This document shows positions 9,009-18,619 of a stretch of 64,000 bases of DNA, in pieces (position 1 is the stretch's first letter; every line of letters starts with the position of its first letter). The position numbers and the translations under genes are program-made. The stretch is from assembly GCA_025210155.1 (NCBI GenBank), contig JAOASE010000011.1, forward strand, positions 12,498-76,497, read 5' to 3'. This DNA is from Alphaproteobacteria bacterium (GTDB taxonomy: Bacteria > Pseudomonadota > Alphaproteobacteria > Rs-D84 > CASDRH01). The notes beneath the pieces were generated by a model. That model did no database searches and was not told the DNA's origin. It saw only the letters and a list, made by a program, of their open reading frames with translations.

Positions 9009-10154
9009 TTATATATTAAAACAACTCACTGTATTTAATATATCATCTTTAATATCACTATTACTCAAATGAGCATATTTCAAAGTCATAGAAATAGTCT
9101 TATGACCTAATGCCTTTTGAACTTTAGATAAAGGAATATCATTCTTAACTAAATAAGTAGCAAAGGTATGTCTTAAATCATGCATTCTAAAACCACTAAT
9201 ACCAGCGTCATCCATAAGTATTCCCCAAGACCTTTTAGGATCTGTGATATATCCATTATACCATCTATTATAAAATAGATACTTACAAGGCTTTTTACAA
9301 GAAGCCTGATATTCTCTTATCAATTCCATAATTTCATTTGATATAGGAACTGTTATACCTTCTCCATTCTTAGTATCTTCAATAAATATATTACCCTTTT
9401 CAAAGTCAATATTTTCATTTAATATACTTAATATATTAGTCTTTCTTAAACCTGTATTTAAAGCTATTAAAGTAAATAACTTAATATAATGTCCATTATA
9501 CTTCTCACTATTTAAAACTCTTTTTAAAGATGCTAACTCTGCATCACTTAAATATCTTGTTATTCCCTTAACTGGATATTTAGATATCCCTTTAACATAA
9601 TTTTCGCTCATCAAATTATTCTCTATCAAAACATTAAATACCTTACTTAATAAAGAAATTATATGATTAAAAACACTCTTAGTCTTTCTAACATTATCCA
9701 AAACTCTTAATACTAAATCCTTATCAATTTTATCCGCCTTCTTCTTTCCCATAAAAGGTCTTACATATGCATTATAAAGTTGCTTGTCATGTTCACAACT
9801 TTTCTTATTAGGTTTTGCATGTTTCTCATAATAAAAATTAAATAAATCATCAAATCTCATTACAACCTTATTACCCAAATCATTTCTTTTATATTTTCCA
9901 TTTAATATATCTGCTAAAATCTTAGCAGAATCATCTTTAGCCTGACTTATAGAGATATAAGGGTAATGCCCTATGTCTTTTCTATAATCAATTCCTTTAA
10001 ATCTTTTATCTACAAAGAATAATACATCTCTCTTTCCAATTCTAACATAAAGACTAGAAGCATTAGAACATGAGTAAGTCACATTCTTTCCACTTTCTTT
10101 AACTTTATTAATTACCTTTTCTAAATTACTTTTATTCAACACAATTGAAGCCAT
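9009..10154 (-). CDS. int: Tyrosine recombinase, P4-like integrase
   Basis: C-terminal catalytic signatures HDLRHTFATYL and LGHKTISMTLKYAH are present. ATG 10154 (MASIVL) follows AAAGGAG. The track start at 10187 is less likely. Confidence 0.85.
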   Translation of the reverse strand: MASIVLNKSNLEKVINKVKESGKNVTYSCSNASSLYVRIGKRDVLFFVDKRFKGIDYRKDIGHYPYISISQAKDDSAKILADILNGKYKRNDLGNKVVMRFDDLFNFYYEKHAKPNKKSCEHDKQLYNAYVRPFMGKKKADKIDKDLVLRVLDNVRKTKSVFNHIISLLSKVFNVLIENNLMSENYVKGISKYPVKGITRYLSDAELASLKRVLNSEKYNGHYIKLFTLIALNTGLRKTNILSILNENIDFEKGNIFIEDTKNGEGITVPISNEIMELIREYQASCKKPCKYLFYNRWYNGYITDPKRSWGILMDDAGISGFRMHDLRHTFATYLVKNDIPLSKVQKALGHKTISMTLKYAHLSNSDIKDDILNTVSCFNI

Positions 10155-10459
10155 TTCTAATTCTCCTTTAATACTTAAATTCATCACATATGCGACATTA
10201 AAAGTATTTATAAAAAATTAGTTTTAGTTCGTAATCTCACCACATAAAAGGCATATAATAAAGAAGTCATTACATAAGTAATAACTTTTAAGAAACTTTT
10301 AAGAATTATTGTTATATTTATATAGATTTATATATACTCATATATACTTTAGATAAAAATACAGAAAACAAAACAATCTTAAAAACACAATAAAATCAAA
10401 GATTTACAAAAGTTCAAGGTTAGAGACTAACTCTCATCAATATTTTCTTTTAATCAATC

Positions 10460-10491
10460 GGTCACAGGTTCGAATCCTGTAGCACCCACCA
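10460..10491 (+). other. tRNA/tmRNA 3'-end fragment (T-arm, acceptor strand, CCA), a putative att site
   Basis: The sequence reads ACAGG-TTCGAAT-CCTGT, then AGCACCC-A-CCA. No matching 5' acceptor strand (GGGTGCT) or anticodon arm lies upstream, so this is a fragment and not a gene. Confidence 0.6.
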
Positions 10492-10597
10492 TTTAATTTC
10501 CTAGAGAAAACAAAGAGTTAGACAGTTTCCGAAAGGAAGCTTTTTTTGTATCAAATTTCAACTTTTAAAGATTTTTTAAAACTAGTGAAAATATTTT

Positions 10598-10655
10598 AAA
10601 TTTTATTACCAATTCACTTAACTATAGAAACTTCCTCTTAAAAACTCCAATAAAT
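10598..10655. repeat. 58-bp direct repeat, copy 1 (partner at 13235..13292)
   Basis: The sequence AAATTTTATTAcCAATTCACTTAACTATAGAAACTTCC..TTAAAA.CT.CAATAAAT is nearly identical to copy 2. Confidence 0.85.
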
Positions 10656-10714
10656 AAGAAAATTAACAATATATTCCTAAAGATGCTAAAAATATGCTAT
10701 ACTCCTGAACCTTC

Positions 10715-11194
10715 TTAACCAAACAGATTTATATCACATGTAGTCGCAAAATTCTTATCTAAAACTTTATTCCTACCCATAACAGTTAATGTTATAGGAA
10801 TTTGTTCCTTATCAATTTCGTTCATAACATACTCTAAAGATGTTGTTTCTTTTTTAATCTTAAATTCCCAAACATCATCTCCAATATTTTTACCTTCTTT
10901 AAAACTTATAGAATGATCTGCATTTTCTATTATTAAAGTAATATCCCTATATTCTTTATAGTTTGTAATTGTAACTAACAGCGAACTATTTTCCTTTGAG
11001 TTCTTTATAGAAACTGTTGGAGCTATAATAACCTTATTATCTGCCTTATAAATATTGCAATAAACAAATTTATCATCATTTATAAATGACGCAGAAAAAC
11101 AGTTAGAAAAAAAATCAATTTTAGAAATATTTTCCTCTATATCTTGAAGAACTTCTATATTATCAGGAATTGTTATATTTATATTATCTTTCAT
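10715..11194 (-). CDS. Hypothetical protein (159 aa) downstream of luxI
   Basis: Long ORF on the same strand as luxR-luxI. The composition is beta-rich. No motif was recognised. Confidence 0.45.
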   Translation of the reverse strand: MKDNINITIPDNIEVLQDIEENISKIDFFSNCFSASFINDDKFVYCNIYKADNKVIIAPTVSIKNSKENSSLLVTITNYKEYRDITLIIENADHSISFKEGKNIGDDVWEFKIKKETTSLEYVMNEIDKEQIPITLTVMGRNKVLDKNFATTCDINLFG

Positions 11195-11301
11195 ATTATT
11201 TCCCCTTCTATTAAATTAAGAATTAATTACTATCCTTACTTTTAATTTTAAAACTTAGGCTTGGTGATTGAATTAATATCAACCACCAAGTTACTAAGAG
11301 A

Positions 11302-12045
11302 TTATTTTCCTCCTTTGATACTTTGCCAAATTTCTTTAAAAGAAAGAAATTTAACACTTTCATCCATAAAAAATTCAAATTTAAAACTGTTGATGTCTTT
11401 TAAAGATTTGGGATTTTTAGATTTAATATTTTCTAAATTATCTTCTGACATTGAAAAACTAACAATTTCAACAGGTAAATTGTTAATCCCTCCTTTTCCT
11501 AATGTATGCAATACTGGTAAACCTTTCCTATAAGCGGTCAACCTAACTATACTTTCCAATAATGTTGTTATAGAAACAACTCCATTCATTACACACACCG
11601 TGATTAATCCAACAAGTATCCTTGAAAAGGATGTTAATCGATCCGCTTTTGAAGAAATACAAAATCTAGTACTCTCCATTTCCCTTTTTTGAGGAATATG
11701 CTTTATTGACTTTATTATCTTATTAAAAGATGAAATCTCGTTAATCATATACCTATGCTTTAATAGCCTTATATAACCAACAGCTTCATTACCTTCAAAT
11801 AAACCTAAATGAATTATATCATCCTGAGAATCAAATTCATCTACCTCTATCTCAAAGTTAGAAAATTTGTTTTTTTCTACCCAGCTCAACTCTTCAATAT
11901 AAATTTTATATCTCAAGCTTAACATTTCTTTTAAAACTTCTTCTTTTTCAGTCAACTCACATTCGCAAACTAATTTTTGTAAAAAATTTTCAACATCCTT
12001 AGATTTTGTTGCAATTACCTTAAATAATACTTCCTTCTCGTTCAT
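11302..12045 (-). CDS. luxI: LuxI-family acyl-homoserine-lactone synthase
   Basis: Family signature residues are in order: RYKIYIEELSW, EIEVDEFD (ExDxxD), GYIRLL, ESTRFCIS. A LuxR gene is adjacent. Confidence 0.75.
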   Translation of the reverse strand: MNEKEVLFKVIATKSKDVENFLQKLVCECELTEKEEVLKEMLSLRYKIYIEELSWVEKNKFSNFEIEVDEFDSQDDIIHLGLFEGNEAVGYIRLLKHRYMINEISSFNKIIKSIKHIPQKREMESTRFCISSKADRLTSFSRILVGLITVCVMNGVVSITTLLESIVRLTAYRKGLPVLHTLGKGGINNLPVEIVSFSMSEDNLENIKSKNPKSLKDINSFKFEFFMDESVKFLSFKEIWQSIKGGK

Positions 12046-12103
12046 AATTTAAAAAATTTAACTTAGTTATAAAATAAGAATATATTATCCTTTTTTAAAA
12101 AGT

Positions 12104-12123
12104 AACTGACACTTCTTACAGGT
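12104..12123 (-). promoter_or_regulatory. lux-box-like imperfect palindrome upstream of luxI
   Basis: The minus strand reads ACCTGTAAGAAGTGTCAGTT, against the canonical ACCTGTAGGATCGTACAGGT. It sits 16 nt upstream of a TAATAT -10 candidate. Confidence 0.5.
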
Positions 12124-12137
12124 ATAATTGAAATTTA

Positions 12138-12854
12138 TTATAGAATATTCTCCAATAAAGCCTTAGCAACTGCATGAGTATTTGAATAAACTCCAAGCTT
12201 AGACTTAACATTATTCATATGAAAGGAAACTGTTCTTTCTTTAATATCTAAAATTTTTGATATTTCCCAATAAGTTTTTCCAATAGAAATCCACTTTAAG
12301 CACTCTTTTTCTCTCTGAGTTAATTTAACCTTAGATATTGAAGTCTTAAAATTTATAAAGTTTGAAGCTATTTGATGAAAATATATTGACATAATCTGAA
12401 GATCATAAAGAACATCAAAAGAAACTTTTCCCCACTCTTCTTCAGACAAATAAGAATAAATGCTTATCAACCCTTTTCTTTTTTTATCAGAAATAACTGG
12501 TATAGACATACCTGTTAAAGATATACCAAACTTAGAAGAAATATCAAAGAATTCTCTATCCTCTTTAGTCTTAACTGTCTTTTCCCATAAGAATGGCTCC
12601 CATTCTTTTACTCCCATTTTAACAACAGGATCTGTTGAGAATAAATTCTTTCCCAAGTAATATTCAATCCACTCTTTAGGATAATTTGACTTATAAATTG
12701 GTTGAAAATCTGATGTATCAGAATCATCAAAATTTAGATATGCGACATAACATCTTCCTATATATTTATCAAGATACTGAAAAAATAATTTAGACATACT
12801 ATCTATGTCATTTAAATCTTTTAACTCTTCTACAAAGTTTTTAACGATTATCAT
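12138..12854 (-). CDS. luxR: LuxR-family autoinducer-binding transcriptional regulator
   Basis: The N-terminal domain carries W..YY...DP...PFLW. The C-terminal HTH reads LTQREKECLKWISIGKTYWEISKILDIKERTVSFHMNNVKSKL. Confidence 0.85.
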   Translation of the reverse strand: MIIVKNFVEELKDLNDIDSMSKLFFQYLDKYIGRCYVAYLNFDDSDTSDFQPIYKSNYPKEWIEYYLGKNLFSTDPVVKMGVKEWEPFLWEKTVKTKEDREFFDISSKFGISLTGMSIPVISDKKRKGLISIYSYLSEEEWGKVSFDVLYDLQIMSIYFHQIASNFINFKTSISKVKLTQREKECLKWISIGKTYWEISKILDIKERTVSFHMNNVKSKLGVYSNTHAVAKALLENIL

Positions 12855-12994
12855 ATATTACACTTCCCCTTATAATAATAAAAAAGTCTAATATAAATTT
12901 ATATTAAAAGTCAATCACTTTATGTACAATATAATAAAATTACAACTTTAAGGAATTATTTCCTAACAATATTTTACCCGTCATATAAATCAAA

Positions 12995-13025
12995 CAAGGG
13001 ACCGAGATAGATATGGAGTCCCTTG
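12995..13025 (-). terminator. Candidate hairpin terminator
   Basis: A CAAGGGAC(15 nt)GTCCCTTG stem is followed on the minus strand by TTTGATTT. It lies between the hsdR operon and luxR. Confidence 0.3.
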
Positions 13026-13234
13026 CAAAATCATTTATAATTTAAATTATTAAATGATCAAAATATTATTGATTTAAAACATAAAAAAGTCAAAGAAAAT
13101 ATTTTTCAATTATTTTGTAAAGTTTAGTAGACTAACCAGATTTCCCTTGATAAACTTCAATTCCACCGATGCAAAACATAAATAAAACAACTAGTAAAAG
13201 AGAGAAAATAATGGAAAATTATAAAAAGCTATTC

Positions 13235-13292
13235 AAATTTTATTATCAATTCACTTAACTATAGAAACTTCCCTTTAAAACTTCCAATAAAT
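13235..13292. repeat. 58-bp direct repeat, copy 2
   Basis: See 10598..10655. This copy overlaps the 3' end of an unlisted 45-aa minus-strand ORF (13255..13392). Confidence 0.85.
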
Positions 13293-13482
13293 TATAATTT
13301 TCATCAATCTTATCATAAATTTCTTGAAGATTTTCATAATCTGCTTTTATAAAAACATCTTCCTCAAACAAAATATTTCTATCTACATTCATTACACTTC
13401 TATTTGATATGTCTAGTAAAAACCACTATGAATATTTTCAAAAACTTAAAACTTATTTGATTTATTAATTTTTTCCACAACA

Positions 13483-16400
13483 TTATCCAACTATATTCAT
13501 ACCAATAAGCATACTTTGTTTTACAACATTATCTATTGCTAATTTTTCCATATTAGGTGGATAACCAAACTCTTTCAAAAGCTTCTTAACTTCCACCCTT
13601 AATCTAGCTTGAACATCACTTCTTTCTAAGAAATTAAAGTTAACCCTTCTCTTACATCTAAATACAAGAGCTTTTGTTAATTCCTTAAGCTTATTATCAC
13701 CCATAACTTCAACTGCAGACTTATTATCTGCTAGTGCTGTATAAAACTGTATTTCTTCGTCTGTTAAACCCAGTTCTTTCTTTTTTTCATCAGATAAAGC
13801 AATATGCTTACTCAAATTAATAAGCTCTTCTATCATCTGAGTAGAATCTATTTGATTATTATGATATCTAGAAACAAGCTCCTTCAACATCTCACCAAAA
13901 TTTCTAGCTTCAATGACACTATGTCTAGCTCTTTCTTTTACATCATCACTAATAAGTTTCTTCAGCATCTCTAAAGCTAAGTTTTTATTATTAAACTTCT
14001 TTATCTCATTTAAAAAGTCTTCTGAAAAGATATCTATCTGATTTTTGTTAATACTAGCCAAATCAAGAAGATCAAATATCTTAACCCCCTCAACTGCTTG
14101 AGAAGCAAGATTTCCTATCTTCGTGTTAATATCCTCAAGCTTCAGCTTTCTTTCGTTACAAATATTGGTATTTTTCAAAATCAACTCTTTAACTGCACAG
14201 AAAAATACTAACTCATACCTAATACTTTCAGCTTTATCAGTAGTAGCACACAAACTATAAGACTTTTGAAAATCAGTAGTCCATTTAACAAACTGCTTAC
14301 TCTTTTCCTTATCATCCGAACCAACAATAAAATTAAACAAGTCCTTTTTCAACTTAAAAAGTATCTTGCTATCATTGTTCTTATAAGCCCTTAACAACTC
14401 ATCCTTATAATCAAATCCAAACAATAAATCAGAAATATTAGAATACTTAGCCATCATAGTATCAACAGCCTTCTCTCTAATATTTTCACCTACAACTCCT
14501 TTATCTCTAGGAGAATATATAGCCAATGCATCTTTAAGATTTCCAAGAATACCAATATAATCTACAATCAAGCCATCTGGTTTTTCTTTATAAACCCTAT
14601 TAGCCCTAGCAATAGCCTGAATAAGATTATGTTCTTTTATAAGCTTATCAAAATACATTGTATTAATTGGAGGAGCATCAAATCCTGTCAACCACATATC
14701 ACAAACTATGATAAAGTCTAATTCATCATTCTCATCTTCAAGTCTCTTAGCAATCACCTCTTTATCTGCAGAAGATGTTTTATATTTCAGCAAATCTTCA
14801 CTATCAGAAGCCGATGAAGAATAAACCATCTTTATTTTACCCTTATCAACATCATCACTATGCCATTCTGGATTTTGAGAAACTAACATTTCATATAGTT
14901 TAACAGCAACATTTCTAGTAGAACAAACAATCATCGCCTTAGAAAACGGCAAAACCTCTTTTCTTAATCCAAAATGCTTACTAATGTCCTTCGCTAACAA
15001 CTTCAATCTTTCAGGACTTCCTAAAATAGCTTCCAACTTAGCATTCTTACTTTTTAAACTCTCACTATAACTTAAATCAGTAATGCCTTCTATCTCATCA
15101 AATAACTTATTTATTTCAGATATCTTATCATCATTCAACTTCACCTGAGCTAAACGAGCCTCATATCTAATTGGAACCGTAGCTCCATCAATTACAGACT
15201 GAGCCATATCATAAACATCATTATCATCACCAAAAATAGCTCTAGTATCATTATTCCCTTTCTCTATTGGAGTTCCTGTAAACCCAATAAATGTAGCATT
15301 AGGAAAAGCATCTCTTAAATATCTTGCAGAACCATCATCTATACCATTATGAGATCTATGAGCCTCATCAACCATAACAATAATATTATCTCTTTCTGAA
15401 AGTGTTTTAAACACCAACTCTGATCTACCCTTCTTATCAATACCAAACTTTTGCAATGTAGAAAAATAAACACCACCTGCTTTAATACCCTCAAGCTTAG
15501 TCTTCAACTCACCTGAACTTTGAATATTAACAGGCTTAGAACCTAAAATCATCTCTCCAGAACTAAATGTCTTAAACAATTGGGAATCCAAAGCAACTCT
15601 ATCAGTAACAACAAGTATCGTAGGATTTTCCAATTTCAAATCCTTCTCAATCATCCCAGCTAAAAACATCATAGAAAAAGACTTCCCTGAACCTGTAGAA
15701 TGCCAAACCAAACCACCTCGTTTATCACCATCTACAGCCTTTTTAATAGCTTCTAACGAACTATTAACACATCTCACCTGATGATACCCTGCGCAGATTT
15801 TAACATCCTTACCTTTAGAATTTATAAACGTCACAAAATTCTTAATATAATGTAACAATTTCTTCTTATCAAATAAATCCCTAATCAATCCTTCAATTTC
15901 AAATTCAAGTTTATCATCATCTTCACTTCTCCATGGATTAAATCTATCATAACCCGCAGACAAAGAACCTACCCTACTATGAAATCCATCTGAAATAATA
16001 TTAAACTGGTTAAAATAAAAAGCTTGAGGAAACTCCCTCTTATAAGTTTCCAACTGATTAAAAGCATTCTTCAAAGTAGCATTCTTATCAGCTGGATTTT
16101 TAAACTCAATCATAGAAATAGGCAAACCATTTAAATAAATCATAACATCAGGTCTTCTATGCTTATTATGCTCTTTTAAAATTAACTGATTAGAAACTAC
16201 AAATGAATTATTCTCAACATTTTCAAAATCCACTAACCTAACAGTCAAAGTTCTATCTTTATGATTTATCTTAACCCCACCAGTTAATAACTGGAAAATC
16301 CTCTTATTCTCTTGAACAAGATTAGTATGCTTACTTCTTATAACCTCATTAATAGCTTCTTCAATAACTTCACTAGACAAATCAGAATTTATTTTAAAAA

Positions 16401-16587
16401 CAACATCTCTAAAAATAGATAGATAATATGCAATATCAAAATCACTTCTCAAACAACTTCCATTTTCATCTAAAGGATTAATCTCTTCTCCTGATAAATA
16501 TTGGTATCCCTTATCTTGAAAAATACCAATAGCATAATCCTCTACCATCTGCTCATTAAACGGATTTTTAAAATTATCTTTTTGCAT
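13483..16587 (-). CDS. hsdR: Type I restriction enzyme R subunit
   Basis: Motifs seen: Walker A HSTGSGKS, the DEAH box VMVDEAHRS, and helicase motif QAIARANR. The protein is 1034 aa. Confidence 0.9.
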   Translation of the reverse strand: MQKDNFKNPFNEQMVEDYAIGIFQDKGYQYLSGEEINPLDENGSCLRSDFDIAYYLSIFRDVVFKINSDLSSEVIEEAINEVIRSKHTNLVQENKRIFQLLTGGVKINHKDRTLTVRLVDFENVENNSFVVSNQLILKEHNKHRRPDVMIYLNGLPISMIEFKNPADKNATLKNAFNQLETYKREFPQAFYFNQFNIISDGFHSRVGSLSAGYDRFNPWRSEDDDKLEFEIEGLIRDLFDKKKLLHYIKNFVTFINSKGKDVKICAGYHQVRCVNSSLEAIKKAVDGDKRGGLVWHSTGSGKSFSMMFLAGMIEKDLKLENPTILVVTDRVALDSQLFKTFSSGEMILGSKPVNIQSSGELKTKLEGIKAGGVYFSTLQKFGIDKKGRSELVFKTLSERDNIIVMVDEAHRSHNGIDDGSARYLRDAFPNATFIGFTGTPIEKGNNDTRAIFGDDNDVYDMAQSVIDGATVPIRYEARLAQVKLNDDKISEINKLFDEIEGITDLSYSESLKSKNAKLEAILGSPERLKLLAKDISKHFGLRKEVLPFSKAMIVCSTRNVAVKLYEMLVSQNPEWHSDDVDKGKIKMVYSSSASDSEDLLKYKTSSADKEVIAKRLEDENDELDFIIVCDMWLTGFDAPPINTMYFDKLIKEHNLIQAIARANRVYKEKPDGLIVDYIGILGNLKDALAIYSPRDKGVVGENIREKAVDTMMAKYSNISDLLFGFDYKDELLRAYKNNDSKILFKLKKDLFNFIVGSDDKEKSKQFVKWTTDFQKSYSLCATTDKAESIRYELVFFCAVKELILKNTNICNERKLKLEDINTKIGNLASQAVEGVKIFDLLDLASINKNQIDIFSEDFLNEIKKFNNKNLALEMLKKLISDDVKERARHSVIEARNFGEMLKELVSRYHNNQIDSTQMIEELINLSKHIALSDEKKKELGLTDEEIQFYTALADNKSAVEVMGDNKLKELTKALVFRCKRRVNFNFLERSDVQARLRVEVKKLLKEFGYPPNMEKLAIDNVVKQSMLIGMNIVG

Positions 16588-17047
16588 TTTTACTTTCCTT
16601 CTTCCTAAGTATTAGTTTTATCATCTTTAACTCTTTTTTTATATTTTTATTAAAGTCAGATGAAAGAGACAGTATAGCATTTTTATCAAAATTATCATTA
16701 AGAACATAATCATTTATAGCATTTAAATGAAATTGAAAATCCTGATAAACACCTACAACACTTGGAACTTTCACATCATATAAAACCCTAACATCTTCTA
16801 TCAAGAAAGATGGTTTAATAACATCTAATAAATTATTAATATTTCCATCTCTTTCTATAACATCATGGGATGTATTCATAAACATAACCATATTCTCCAA
16901 ATCAAAAGATATTTGTTCTAATAGTTTGATTTTATTTATTTTCTCTTTCCTATAATTTATAAACTCTCTTAAAATTTCATTTAAAAAACCTGTTAGAACA
17001 GCAAATAAAGCTCCAAAAAACATAGTCCAAATAGTTGCCCAATCCAT
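16574..17047 (-). CDS. Hypothetical N-terminally anchored membrane protein (157 aa) embedded in the hsd operon
   Basis: N-terminal TM helix WATIWTMFFGALFAVLTGFL. The stop overlaps the hsdR start by 14 nt. Confidence 0.55.
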   Translation of the reverse strand: MDWATIWTMFFGALFAVLTGFLNEILREFINYRKEKINKIKLLEQISFDLENMVMFMNTSHDVIERDGNINNLLDVIKPSFLIEDVRVLYDVKVPSVVGVYQDFQFHLNAINDYVLNDNFDKNAILSLSSDFNKNIKKELKMIKLILRKKESKNAKR

Positions 17048-17156
17048 TATTTAAAATCCTTTCAAAAATTTCCTAAACTCTTTAGTATTATCTTTAATCT
17101 TCATTAAAATTTTCTCATCCTTTAGACTTCTATTTTTCAACTCAAGATAACCATTA

Positions 17157-17378
17157 TTAAGTTAAAAGATATTTATTTCCTCTAATCCAAAACCAAACAA
17201 CATTAGCTGTAACACCTCTATACATCCTCACTACAGGATCTCTTTCAGAAAACTTCAAAACTAATTCTTTTATATCATCAATAACAAAATCTTCTAAAAC
17301 TCCATGATCATAATTTCGAAATTTAACACCTTCTATATAATCTTCTATAGCAAATTTATTATCTAAAACCTTAACCAT
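17157..17378 (-). CDS. Hypothetical small protein (73 aa) embedded in the hsd operon
   Basis: The ATG lies 2 nt after the hsdS TAG. No motif was recognised. Confidence 0.45.
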   Translation of the reverse strand: MVKVLDNKFAIEDYIEGVKFRNYDHGVLEDFVIDDIKELVLKFSERDPVVRMYRGVTANVVWFWIRGNKYLLT

Positions 17379-17380
17379 CT

Positions 17381-18619
17381 CTACATTCCTTTTAGTTTTA
17401 CTTTACCACTTATTAGTTTTGGTAAAAGTGTATCTCTAGTTTCTTTAAGAGTTGCTATTTGCTTAATATTAGCAGAAATCTTTTCAAACATAGGTTCAAC
17501 CTTTTCATTAAACCTTTTCATACTCCCCTCATCAGGTATTAAAATTTTAGAATTTTTTATTTCAAAAGTTGATAAATTAACTTGAACACCACTATTTGAG
17601 CGCCCCCTCAAATTTTCTATAAATTCTGACGTATTAGTTAATATACTTAAAAAATAATTATAACCATTTTTAGGTCTAATAATTCCAACACGTTGATTTA
17701 CTAAATATTTTTTATCTTCAAACATAATACCTGTATGTCCTAGTAAGTTCATTGAAGATTTCATATCTGTCATACACATTAATATATCATATTTTTCAGC
17801 AAAATTACTCGAAATTTTATTAGAAACATCTCCAGCAAAATAAGAAACAAATTTTTCTAAAGTTAAACCACCACCCTTTAAAATATTTCCCATTTTTAAA
17901 ACTGGTATTCCAACTTTATCCTTAGATAGTTCTTTACTAGAAAATGGATAACCATTTTTAAAATCTGACACATCATCCAACACTCCTTCTTTCCAATCTG
18001 AATTTGGGTTAGTAATGAAGGTTTCAGTGAAGATAGTTTGAGCTAATTCTTCTAGAGTTTTATTTTGCTCTTGCAACAATTCAATCTTATCATCTAGCGA
18101 TGACAAAACCCCTGCAATCTCCCTCTGGATCTCCACATCCTCAGGGATAAAAGTAGAAAACTGTAATATACGAGAAGGACTAGTATGCTTCACTGTACTA
18201 CCTGTAGCTCCATTAGCAATATATCGCTGATAAAAAGAAGTTCTCATTAACCAATAAAGAAATTCTTTATCAATTTTTTCACAATTAAGATTTTCCACCA
18301 AACCAAGTCTTTGATTATGTAAATAAACAAACTCATTACTATTAGGAACTTTTAAAGGATACCCCAATGTATCAGCCTTTTTACTTAGATCTGTCATCGA
18401 AACAAGTAAATCACCTTCTTTTAAAATATAAGACTTAGGAAAATCATCAGAAGAATAATACTTAAATTTTTTAGAATTAAACCCTCCACCTATAGAAAAA
18501 TTACCAGGAGTTAAAAGTATATTTTTAAACTTTTCTGAAGTAATAAAGTCTCCTTTAAAAGCATAACCATGCTTTATATCACAAACATCACCTAGTGTTG
18601 TCTCAATCCACTTAATCAT
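17381..18619 (-). CDS. hsdS: Type I R-M specificity subunit
   Basis: Two target-recognition halves are separated by the conserved helix LDDKIELLQEQNKTLEELAQTIF. The C-terminal helix reads LKETRDTLLPKLISGKV. Confidence 0.9.
   Translation of the reverse strand: MIKWIETTLGDVCDIKHGYAFKGDFITSEKFKNILLTPGNFSIGGGFNSKKFKYYSSDDFPKSYILKEGDLLVSMTDLSKKADTLGYPLKVPNSNEFVYLHNQRLGLVENLNCEKIDKEFLYWLMRTSFYQRYIANGATGSTVKHTSPSRILQFSTFIPEDVEIQREIAGVLSSLDDKIELLQEQNKTLEELAQTIFTETFITNPNSDWKEGVLDDVSDFKNGYPFSSKELSKDKVGIPVLKMGNILKGGGLTLEKFVSYFAGDVSNKISSNFAEKYDILMCMTDMKSSMNLLGHTGIMFEDKKYLVNQRVGIIRPKNGYNYFLSILTNTSEFIENLRGRSNSGVQVNLSTFEIKNSKILIPDEGSMKRFNEKVEPMFEKISANIKQIATLKETRDTLLPKLISGKVKLKGM

Larger units (their letters stand above)
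1..10491. mobile_element. Integrase-associated defence island 1. The right end is at a tRNA/tmRNA 3' fragment and the left end lies beyond the window.
   Basis: A tyrosine integrase (9009..10154) lies next to a T-arm/acceptor/CCA fragment (10460..10491). The cargo is defence-type genes (OLD+UvrD, KAP NTPase). The int-att spacer shares a 23-nt motif with island 2. Confidence 0.45.

Noticed and set aside
10381-10560. Intact tRNA or tmRNA gene (including a permuted two-piece tmRNA) at the integrase-proximal att site.
   Set aside because: Only the T-arm, 3' acceptor strand and CCA are present. No GGGTGCT 5' strand, anticodon arm or tag reading frame lies within ~150 nt on either side.
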